Origin: the human T2T-CHM13v2.0 reference genome, Homo sapiens
Assembly: GCF_009914755.1 (NCBI RefSeq)
Contig: NC_060932.1
Strand: one strand, 5' to 3'
DNA: 64,000 nt
In this document: piece by piece, positions 44,076 to 54,998 of the stretch
How the letters are laid out: each line of letters begins with the position of its first letter
Numbering within the stretch: the stretch's first letter is position 1
The notes under the pieces: model-generated
Seen by the model: only the letters and a program-made list of their open reading frames with translations
Databases searched by the model: none
What the model was told of the DNA's origin: nothing
Made by a program: the position numbers and the translations under genes

Positions 44076-47000
44076 TTACAAAATGCTTTAGCATAGAGAA
44101 AATTATAAAGAACAATATAAGTAACAGATATGCACTCACTATCCTGCTTAATCAAATGTCACACTTTGCCAAGCTTGATTCAAATTTTTTAAAGCAAAGA
44201 AACATTACAGATATGGCTGCAACATCCTATGTGCCCCACCGCTGATACATACCTCTCTTCCCAAGGGTAACCACTTTCCGACTTTGATACTTATCATTCC
44301 CAGGCATGATTAAATGCTATTGCTGAATTTGCATATATACATAAATAATATATACAGTTGTTTGCATGTTCTAAAACTTTGCATTAAATAATATCAAATA
44401 ATTAAAAATTTTCACAAATTGCATTTTTAACTCAGTCTTTTATAAGATTGCCAATAATGATATCTCTTCAGATCATTCATTTTGACTATTATATTATTTT
44501 TCATTGTATGACTATGCCATGGCTCACTTATCCATTCTGTTATTGATAAACATTTGTGTTGTTTCCACAATTTTGCTATTAAAATAATGGCATTGTGAAC
44601 ATTCTTGTGTGTATATCACTGTGTACACATGCTAGAGTTTCTCTAATGTATTATGGTGTATATTGCTGGGCCAAAGGCTATGTAAGTCTTCAACTTCCCT
44701 AGATGTCATACCAACTCATACATATATGACCAGTGTGAGCATTCTCAGTGCTCTACATTGTCCAGATTCTACATGAAGCACTGGTGGCCTATTGGTCAGG
44801 TTGACTGATATTAGAAGGTTATTGCCAAAGTCTATGTGAGAGAGACTGAGGGTCTGAAATACCTAGATGTAAGGGATATAAAGTGAGAGAGGAAAGAAGT
44901 TAACATATTTAGGAGCAAAATCCACATGACTTTGTGATTGATTATGGAGAAAATAAGGAGAAGAAGGGAACAGGAAGACTCTCAAGTCTCCAGATTGAAC
45001 ACAAGAGGAAGCTTATGTGCCGTGAGACTGATGACAAATTCCTTTTGAACATAGTGCCTTTGAGGGCTTGGTAGTAAAAAAGAAAGCACTATCCATCAGG
45101 CATTTGGATATTTAGGTCTGGAAGACTGAAAAGAGATCAAAACAGAAAATACAAATTATAGAATCATCGAGATGGGTAAAATCAGAAGAGTTGGATCAAG
45201 AAAAGTACCTAGAATCAGTAGAGAAGTGAGTTAAGAAAATATCTCTGGGAAACATTAATATTTAAAGGTATATAAAAGGAAGAGAAGACTGTGGAGAAGA
45301 CAGAGACTGAAGAAGGAGACAAAATGTGTCATACTGTAGTAGCCAGAGGAATAGAGCTTCAAAGAATGAGTGGTCAACCACATTAAACACAGCTAGAAAA
45401 CCAAGAAGGTAAAGAAATGAAAATTAAACATTAACATACAATGAAGTTATTGAGTCCATGTTAAAATGGTTTCAATGGAATAGCATCAATGGAAATAATT
45501 GCAATTAGTAAAAGAATTTTAGAAAAAGAAAAAATTAATACAGCTAACTTTCTCAAATTAAATTTTTTGAAAATAAAACAGTGAGATGGAATTCGAGTGC
45601 AAGATGTTTGTTGAAAATCAACACACATGAAAGGAAAGAGAGTGAACCTAAAAAAATTGGCTCCAGAGTCTATTAATGTAAAGACTATGTTATATTGTCT
45701 CTCTATCTTTAGGGAAACATATACCCAATTCATCTTGTGTCACCAGAATCAGATTCATCAAACCCATTCTGGACCACTCTGATCACTAGTTTCACCCTCA
45801 CAGTCATAGTAAAGAAACTAAAGCAAAAGACTACAAGAGCAAAGGACAGAAAGGGAAATGTTATTTTCTCCCCTCACCTTTGCCCTCTTTGATTTTCTCC
45901 ATTGTTGCTAAAAGGAACACTTAGAAAACTATGAAAGAAACTTCTGCCTGTAAATGCAGCTCCATGATTATGAATTCTGAATCCTTGTAACAGAAGAACC
46001 AATAGGACTGATCCATGACTTCTATTAGTAGAGACTGGGAAGGTAGGTGACTTTAGCTCACCAAGCCTGATCACAGCAAAATAGAAAATGATCACAGTGT
46101 CCCCTTTTTATCCTGGGGTAACAATGAACATTCAGTGGGAGCCAACTACTGTATTAAAGTCCTGGGTGCAGCTCCTGGCACATGACATGGCCCACAAGGT
46201 AGTAGTTCTGAGTACCCTTGCCCATCAGTGGTGCTGGGGCGAGAAGGGAGGGCAGCCTGCTCACTAGGGAGAGCAGGAATGAGGCTAGGAAGTACAGGGA
46301 CCTGGCAAAGATGTCTCCTGTTTGAGAGAGACTTCAGTTAATGTTCAGTCAACTTCCTGTGGTGCTAAGAAGTGAAAGTTGAACTTGACTATCAAGGAAC
46401 AGAGGCAGGTTGTTAGCTGGGCCCCTGGGAGGAAGTCAACAAGCTCCACCACATCTGACAACACCTACTGCTTGCAGCCCTTCCCCCAGGTCAGGCAGCT
46501 GCACACCTCATGCTTCCAACTGAGGGGGAATGAATGGGTACCAAGAGTAGGTGAGTCTACTTCTTTCCCAGGGGTGAGTAGCGGGTGAAGAAATCAGCAT
46601 GTAGTGGACATTTACATGTGCCGGATACCTCATATATGCAGTGTGGTATCATTATCCTCACTGTGCAGATGAAGACACTGAGGCTCAGGGACTTGTTCAA
46701 GACACACATCTGGTCAATAGGGAGCCAGGATTCAAAATCACGTCAGTCTGGTACTCAAGTCCTCTGTTCTTTCCACGACTACATTAGATGTATCCCTAGA
46801 TAGTCTAGGTGTAACAGCATGAGTCTCCCATGAAAGGAAGTGGGGGCTCTTGGAACATACCTCTTTAGGAAGCCTTCCATCATTGTGCTGCCTTCCTCCT
46901 CTGTGCAGCCTCAGCACTCACTGTTGAGCCCTTCTCTAGGAGTTTGCAATCTACGGGGAGCGATGGGCACATAAGGAAATAATTTCAATGTAGTATGGCA

Positions 47001-47494
47001 AATGCTGAGCTAGATAAATGCGCGAATGACTATGAAGAACAGAGGATTGGGGTCACCTAACTCAACATGAGACTCATGGAAGTCTCCTGAGGAGAAACCT
47101 CTGAGTCCTAGAGAGTGAGAATTGGCCAGAAAAATTAAGAAGGGGCAGGGAATTCCAGAGAGAAGTAACAGGTAAACAAAAGCAAAGAGGCATAAGATAG
47201 TCTGGAGTCTGGTCAAATTACAATCAGTTGGAAGTAGTAGAGAATAAAATACAAAGTGGAGAGAGGGGAGAAGTAAAGCTGAATAGATAAACAGGGTCAG
47301 CTTACAGAGGGTCCTATGCAGGCTAAATTCCAGATGCTGCTATAAAAATACAGGAAAGAAAACTCATGAAATATTTTAAGATTTTTGTGGAATATTTTAA
47401 GAGCTTTTGTGAACATCTCATGAAGCACTCCTGTGTTTGGAGGCAGCACTGGCAGCAAATCAAACATAATAAAAGGTCTGTACATCAAACATTG

Positions 47495-48260
47495 ACACAT
47501 TTATTCAACAAGCACATATTGAGCACCTACTATGTGGCAGGAACTCTCTTCATCAGCAAGTATTTTGGCACTAAATAAAACACAGAACACACCGCCCTCT
47601 TTGAAATGACAATAAAGAAAATAAGTGAATTATATATTATCTCAGCAGATATTGCATGGTATATGGAAAGCATATCAGGGAAGGGGGTGTAAAGTGTCAT
47701 GAGAGGAATTACAATATTAATAGGATGTTAAGACAGCTCCTACTGAAGCCATGTTTAAACAGACACTTGGAGGAGAGGAGGGAGTTGGCTAAGTTGATAT
47801 TTGGGGTAAGGCATTCCAGGAAGGGGGATCAGCCAGTTCAAAGCCCTGGGGGGTGGGGGCTGTGCTTGGCATATTTGAGGAGTGGTAAGGAGGCCAGTGT
47901 GGCTGGAACAGAATGATCAAAGAAAAAGGTGGTAGTAAATGAGGTCAGATAAACAGTAAGAGACAAGGGATTTTTAGGTCATCTAGAATTTAGATTTTTT
48001 CCTGAGAGGGCAGAGGAGCCACGAGAAAGCTCTGAGATGAGGATGAGATGATCTAATTCAGGTTTTAACTGGATAGTTCAGAGCAAGAGTGGGGGCAGGG
48101 AACCAGTGAGGAGACTGTGGCAATAATCACGAAAAGTGGTGCAGCGGCTTGGACCAGGGAGTTAGCAGTGGAAGCAGAGAGAAGTGACAACACTCTGCAT
48201 ATGGGAAAGGGTGGGCAGGAGAGAACAGTGCCCAAGATGATCCAGTATTTTGGCCTGAGA
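47495..48260 (-). mobile_element. L2 fragment
   Basis: CATTTATTCAACAAGCACATATTGAGCACCTACTATGTG L2 3' end, then a purine-rich L2 body (GGAGGCCAGTGTGGCTGGA). Confidence 0.7.
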
Positions 48261-48357
48261 AGCTGGGGAAAAAGAAACAACAACAACAACATCAGTGGAA
48301 GGGGTTTCAGGGAGTCCAGGTGTTCTGGTTGCAGCTTTGTTTTGCCTTAAAAATATT

Positions 48358-48718
48358 TGAGTACGTAACTAGTAATGGGATTGCTGGGTTGAATGGTAAT
48401 TCCGTTTTTAGTCCTTTGAGAAATTGCCACAGTGCTTTCCTTAGCAAACTAAGGCAGGAACAGAAAACCAAATGCCACATGTTCTCACTTGTAAGTGGGA
48501 GCTAAATGATAAGAACTCATGAACACATAGAGGGGAACAAGAGATACTGAGGCCTACCTGAGGGTGGAGGTTGGGAGGAGGGAGAGGATCAGGAAAAATA
48601 ACTAATGAGCACTAGGCTTAATACCTGGGTGATGAAAGTATCTGTATAACAAAGTCCTGTGACGTGAGTTTCCCTAGGTAACAAACTTGCACATGTGCCC
48701 CTGAACTTAAAATAAAAC
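48358..48718 (+). mobile_element. Short L1 (L1PA13-16-like) with an inverted 5' segment
   Basis: 48358-48440 is antisense ORF2 (AGTAATGGGATTGCTGGG...). 48441-48718 is the sense ORF2 end and 3' UTR, ending CTTAAAATAAAA. Confidence 0.85.
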
Positions 48719-51700
48719 TATATACATATATATACATATTAGAAAGAATTATACTTTTGAGTTTTAATAGCACATTTTCTGTAAGATTTTGCAATTTAAA
48801 CTTCACTATATTTTATATAAACAATTAAGAGTTGAGTTGACCTTGATATTACATATTACAGATATTTTATTAACATCTATTAATTTTTAATTATTTGATT
48901 TTTTCAAAATTTCAAATAATATACCTATTTTTCAGATTTCAGGCAGGCCATTGAAAAGCTCCTAGTTCTAATTACTGTTCCTGTAATGCTTTATGAATAT
49001 AACAGTCCGGCCTTTCCTCTTAGAGTTTGCAGTCTAAGGTAGAGAAATATAATAAAAGAAAATGCATGAATTTTTAACTAATATGGTGTGGGTTCTAAAG
49101 CTCAGATAAATTATTTCGTTTAGTTCTCACAACAACCCTCTGATGCAGGCACTATTATTTCCCCCATTTTAATAATGAGGAAACTGAAGCACAGAGAGCT
49201 TGGTTGACTTGCCCAATATTACCACACTCTGTGTGGCTAAGCTGGGATTTGAACCAAGAAAACTCTCTTCCCATAGGTCGTTGAAAAATTATGAAAGGTT
49301 AAGCCACCTCTCTGCTTGTGTTGCCTATTTCCACCATGTGAGTCCAATGTGTGGTGACAGAGAAGGGTAGATGTTTGGCATCTGTGAATTCTGTGGATTG
49401 TGTGTCATGATTCTTTATTTCTGTCCTCTGTATCCTGAATTGCCACTACCCTGAGCAGGTGATAAGAGTAAAATTCCATTACATTGGTCTTGAGGGGATG
49501 GGCAAACACTTTGGACTCTCTTGATATTCTAGTTATTAAATATTGCTCAGCGTAAGTTAGACAATGAATGAGACTTGTTGATGTTTTCATTTCAATTTGT
49601 CTTATAATGATCTGTGCTCAACATGTAAAACCAATAGATGTAACACCTTTGGAATATTTCTGAGTAAACATGGGGCACCAACTCAAAGAGCAAGAGGTAA
49701 AAATGCCTAGTGTGGATCAAAATCTACTCTATGACAGGGAATCTCATGGGCTCTGAAGGATTCTGGTCACATAGGGAGTAAATAGCAGACTCTCAATTCA
49801 GAGTCAGATGTGAGTTCACACGCAATGTTTTGGGACTTCATCCTGTCTTTTCCCTGCTCTGGGAGTCATAAGAATTAAGTTCTAATCCTAATTCTGTTGT
49901 TATCTACCTGAGTGACACTAATTAGATATATAACTTCTCTGAGGCTCGACATTTACATCTACAAATAAAGAAGGCTAGAATACTAAAGCCTCTTCTATTT
50001 CTTCCAATTATTGATTGTATCGGCTCTTACTCTATAAATGGTTTCTTCTATTTTAGGGAAATTAATTATTTTGTTCTTATGGTGTTGCTGGACCTGTTGC
50101 TTTTCATTGCTGTAATTACTTCTCTTTGTTGAAGACCTTTGCCAGACGAAATGTGATGGGTGTATAAGGCTCTGGCATTTTGCCCAGGTCTGTAGCACAT
50201 AGAATTCCACTAATGGGTCTGCTGGGCATCTGAGACCACAGAGCCATTTGTCATAACATGACAATTCCAGTTGGGCAGGGATAAATGTTAGCTTTAACGA
50301 TTTTGGACCAGAGTTTGTCTAGAGAGAGAGCAGAGTACAAAGCCAAAAGCATCATCTTTAGAGCTAAGCAGGCATGAGTTCAAATCCCAACCCAGCCACT
50401 TACTAGATATGTAGCCACAGCCACCGCCAAGTCTCAATTTAAATGTCACTTTCTCAAACAGGCCTCCTAGGGTCTCCCACGTTGGCTTAGTCCAGAATAC
50501 TGGTTTATCCTTACGGTATAAAATTTATTCCATCATTATGCACCAGTATTTAATAAATGCTGAGGAATGTGGAACAAATATTTGTTAAATAAAAAGTGAC
50601 TTAATCCTTCTCTGTCTCAGTCCTCACTTCAGTGAAGTGGGCAAAAGGGTAGAACAAGTTTCCTGTGCAAAAAGAATCAGGTCAAAGTGCCCTAGAAATA
50701 GCAAACACTGTCACAACCCTAGATAGCATGATTACAATCTGAAATAAACTAGTTCAAAAAGCAAATCTCAGACTCAAGTGGGGCTTTTTCTAGTTTAGAA
50801 CTTGGAGTTAGAAGAAGAAAGAAGGGGGCTAAAGTGTGCTGCGTGTCTAGATGTGCCAGGCACTGTACGTAATAGAATGTCACACATTTAATATTTGTCT
50901 AAAAGTGTGAAAGTGTGAATTTCCATAAGAGGGACACAGGTTCTTGGCAAAACCAAGGTTTGCTCTAACTTTTCACACACTTTGGCAGACGGTTTTGCCT
51001 TTTTCTCCTAAGTTGGAACTTTTGAGGCCATTACTGCCAGGAGGGAAAAGTTAGTGATGCTTATCTATGTTCAGAACTAGAAAATGGCCCCTTCTGGTCC
51101 CCAGTTTGGCCCCATTGTTATTCACATGCTGCCTATAAAAAGACAAAACCTCCAGAAGGTGGAAAAGATGAATATGCAGAATGCTACACATAGATACTCA
51201 TGTAGGTGAGATGGCGAACACAGCAGATTTAGGTCTACCAATAAGATACTACCCCATTTGGGATGACACACCTTCCTTAGAAGTGACAGTGGCAGAACAT
51301 AGACAAAGGGACTAATTAAAAGTATGTGGGTTCTGCAGATTGCATCTGGAGTAAGAGTCCAGTGATCTAAATTGTAGGCCAAGGCCTCTTGCTTGCTAAC
51401 ATCCTCTGTCTGCCTCAGTTTTCTTACCTGCAAAATGGATCACTGAACATCACATTTCTCTTTATTAATTTATTCATTCACTGAAGAAGCAAGCTGTCAA
51501 AAAGCAACTGCTACATATGTCAAGAAAGATGCCAGATGCTAAAATAAAATACAAAAATTTGATTACTACAAATTGCTACCATCGAGGAGTCATAGTCTAA
51601 TGAAAGAGAAAAACATGAGAGTGAATAATGAAGTCAGCAAAAAGTTCAAAAGAAAAATAAATAAAAGGCATAGATATTAAAAATGAAGAAGTAAAACTAT

Positions 51701-52548
51701 CTTATTCAGAAAGGATATGATTATGTACGGAGAAAATCCCAAAGAATCTACAACATCAGACTCATCAGTGAATCTAGCAAGATCACTGGATACAGTTTAT
51801 ATATAAATGTTATCAATAATTGTATTTCTGTGCCTGACAACAAAAAATTGAAGACAACTTTTAAAACAACAATGTTTATAATGACACCGAAAAATATCAA
51901 ATTAGAAGTTCATGTAAATTGTAGTTTCCAAGAGCTCCCGCTGGAAATTGGAAGCCATTGTTGAAATAAATTAAAGAAGATTTAAGCAAATGGAGAGACT
52001 TACCATGGTTATGGTTCGAAAGACTCTACATTGCTAAGATGCAATTTACTCCAAAATTGTCTACAGATTCAATACAATTTCAGTTAAAGTTTCTGAAACT
52101 TTCATTTGTTGTTGTTGTTTTTGGAATAGACAAGCTGATTCTGAAGTTTATATACAAATGCAAAGGACGTAAAACAGCTAAAGAAAATTTGCAGAAGAAA
52201 GAAACTAAAAGAATTACACTGTCAGATTTCGAGACCTACTACAAAGCTACGATTATTAACACAGTGCATATTGGTACAAGAATAGGCAAATAGACTAAAG
52301 AAACAGAAGACAGAGTCCAGAAACTGAACTACACATACACGATCATCTGATTTATTACAAAGGTGCCAAGGCAATTGAGTAGGAAGAGAACGATGTTCTA
52401 CGTAAATGGCAATATTGAGTATCTGTATGGTAAAAAATAAATCTTGGCTATATGTCATATAATATGGACAAATTAATTACAAATGTAGTATACACCAAAT
52501 GTGAAAGGTAAAACAAAATAACATGTTAAAAAAAGTATAGTATCTTAC

Positions 52549-52606
52549 CTTGGGATAGCAGATATTTCTTAAACAGGACACAAGAAGTGAAAAGGCAAGC
52601 CACAGC
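52549..52606 (-). ncRNA. Candidate alternative exon between CCAT1 and CASC19 (antisense L1-derived)
   Basis: Minus-strand acceptor ATTATTATTCCAG|G at 52607/52606 and donor AAG|GTAAGA at 52549/52548. Confidence 0.45.
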
Positions 52607-52737
52607 CTGGAATAATAATTTTATCATAATATATGTATATGTTTCTATCTGAGAAAGTACTCATACCCAGAATACATTAAGAACTCTTACCAATTAATAA
52701 CAAAAATGTGTTATTAATATATACATATTATGTATAC

Positions 52738-53447
52738 ATTATATGTATCATATGTATATGGACCATGCACATGATATGTATGTATCATATGTATATGGAC
52801 CATGCACATGATATGTATGTATCATATGTATATGGACCATGCACATGATATGTATGTATCATGTGTATATGGACCATGCACATGATATGTATGTATCATG
52901 TGTATATGGACCATGCACATGATATGTATGTATCATGTGTATATGGACCATGCACATGATATGTATGTATCATGTGTATATGGACCATGCACATGATATG
53001 TATGTATCATGTGTATATGGACCATGCACATGATATGTATGTATCATGTGTATATGGACCATGCACATGATATGTATGTATCATGTGTATATGGACCATG
53101 CACATGATATGTATGTATCATGTGTATATGGACCATGCACATGATATGTATGTATCATGTGTATATGTACCATGCACATCATATGTATGTATCATGTGTA
53201 TATGGACCATGCACATCATATGTATGTATCATGTGTATATGGACCATGCACATCATATGTATGTATCATGTGTATATGTACCATGCACATCATATGTATG
53301 TATCATGTGTCTATGTACCATGCACATCATATGTATGTATCATGTGTATATGTATAATATACATATCATATGTATGTATCATGTGTATCTGTATCATATA
53401 CATATCATATGTATGTATCATGTGTATATGTATCATATACACATGAT
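52738..53447. repeat. 37-bp minisatellite (VNTR), about 19 units
   Basis: Unit TATGTATGTATCATGTGTATATGGACCATGCACATGA; about 16 near-perfect units plus about 3 degenerate ones; ORF starts are offset by 37 nt. Confidence 0.97.
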
Positions 53448-54968
53448 AAAAGCACACACACACACACACAAACTTTGATGAGGCACTTCACACGGATTGC
53501 TCATTAAGAAAATGCAAATTGAACTACTCTGAGTTACCAATACATACTCATCAGCATGGCTAAAATTTTAAAAAGACTAATACAATCAAATATTGTTAAA
53601 TATTGGGAGTAATTGGAACTTTTATATATTGTTATTTATTGTGTGTGAATTGCCTCAACCCCTTTCAAAAACAGTTGGTTGTGTCAATTAAAGCTGAACA
53701 TCTGCCTGCCTATACTATATGACCAGTAATCCCGTGACTAAGTATATATTTAAGAGAAACAAAATAGACTAAAAACATGTGTAAAACTCTTCATAACCAA
53801 ACTATTCATAACCATGTTGATTCATAACAAGAACATGAAAACAATTCAAATGTTCATTAACATGAAGGATAAAATATGGTCCATTTATACAATGGAACAC
53901 TGCTACTTAACAAAAACAAACTGCTGATATACACAACATGGACTAAACCAACAAGTACGTTGGGTGAAAGAAATCAGACACAAAAGAGCATATACAGTAT
54001 AATTACATTTATATTAAGTTCAAGGACAGGTAAAACAACTCTGCTGATAGCTGTAAGGAGAGTGGGCTCATCAGCAGGTATTGGTGGGAAGAGACACAGG
54101 AAATCTTTTAAGATGATTAAAATGTTCTCTATCTTGACTTAGGTAGTGGTTACACAGGTGTACACAGGTATACATGTACATAAAAAAATCACATAAGATT
54201 TGAGTTATTGACATACCTTACTACATGTATTTTATACCTCAATAAAAAAATGAAAAAATATTCTTTAAAAAATTATTATATGTCACATTTCCTTGGTTTC
54301 TCTCTCCTCTCTCTTTCCCCTCTCCTGTTTCTCCCCTCTTTCTGTGTTTCTCTCTTTTGGCAGATAAGTCAAACCTCAGAGAAACAAAGAAATCCACGTG
54401 CACATATTTGAATTGAATTTGTCTCCATTAACCACCACAATGGAGACAGTAAAGTCAAGCTGGGTCTTGAATTGCCTGCTTTGGATATCTGTAACAAAGT
54501 CTTGATGGATAATTGTCCTGAATCCCACTTTACTTTGTGGCACATACCTTCCTGGTTTCTGGCTTGAGTATTAAGCAGGGAATGCAGCAGCAGAGGAGAA
54601 CAGATTTCCAATTGCAATAGTCTTGACTCATCAAGTTCACTAGAATCTGGAAATTAAGGCTTCCGTTCTGCTAATTGTTAGCAGAGTGGGCTCCAGGATG
54701 ATAGCATAGCCCTCTGGGTATCTGAACCCTCATTGAAACATGAAGGGGTTGAACTGCATGTTGTTCTAATGAAAATGCAGCCTTCGTTCATGCAACTAAT
54801 ATTTCCTGAGTGCCTGCCACAAACCAGGTGTGTTACATAAGGGACTGGAACTCAGGAGTTCATTTTTACTTTATTCAATATTAATTATAATTTTACTTTG
54901 TGTCAAAGAAAAAAAAACACAATATCACTTATTTAATCCAGGGATGACCTGTAAACCCTAGCAGTGGC

Positions 54969-54998
54969 GGGCGGGGGCCGGGGGGGCGGTGCAGGGGG
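54969..54998 (+). other. Putative G-quadruplex / GC-box cluster
   Basis: GGG C GGGGG CC GGGGGGG CGGTGCA GGGGG fits G3+N1-7 x4 and contains two GGGCGG boxes. Confidence 0.6.

Larger units (their letters stand above)
51650..54250 (+). mobile_element. Old LINE-1 (L1MC/L1ME-like) interrupted by the VNTR
   Basis: ORF 52039-52293 (DKLILKFIYKCKG..ITLSDFETYYKATII) is degenerate ORF2; L1M 3' UTR ends ATACCTCAATAAAAAA near 54245. Confidence 0.8.

Noticed and set aside
52738-53478. Regular 37-bp repeats resembling a CRISPR array, and overlapping Met/His/Cys-rich ORFs
   Set aside because: The units are contiguous with no unique spacers, there are no cas genes, and the DNA is human. The ORFs are artefacts of a stop-poor tandem repeat.
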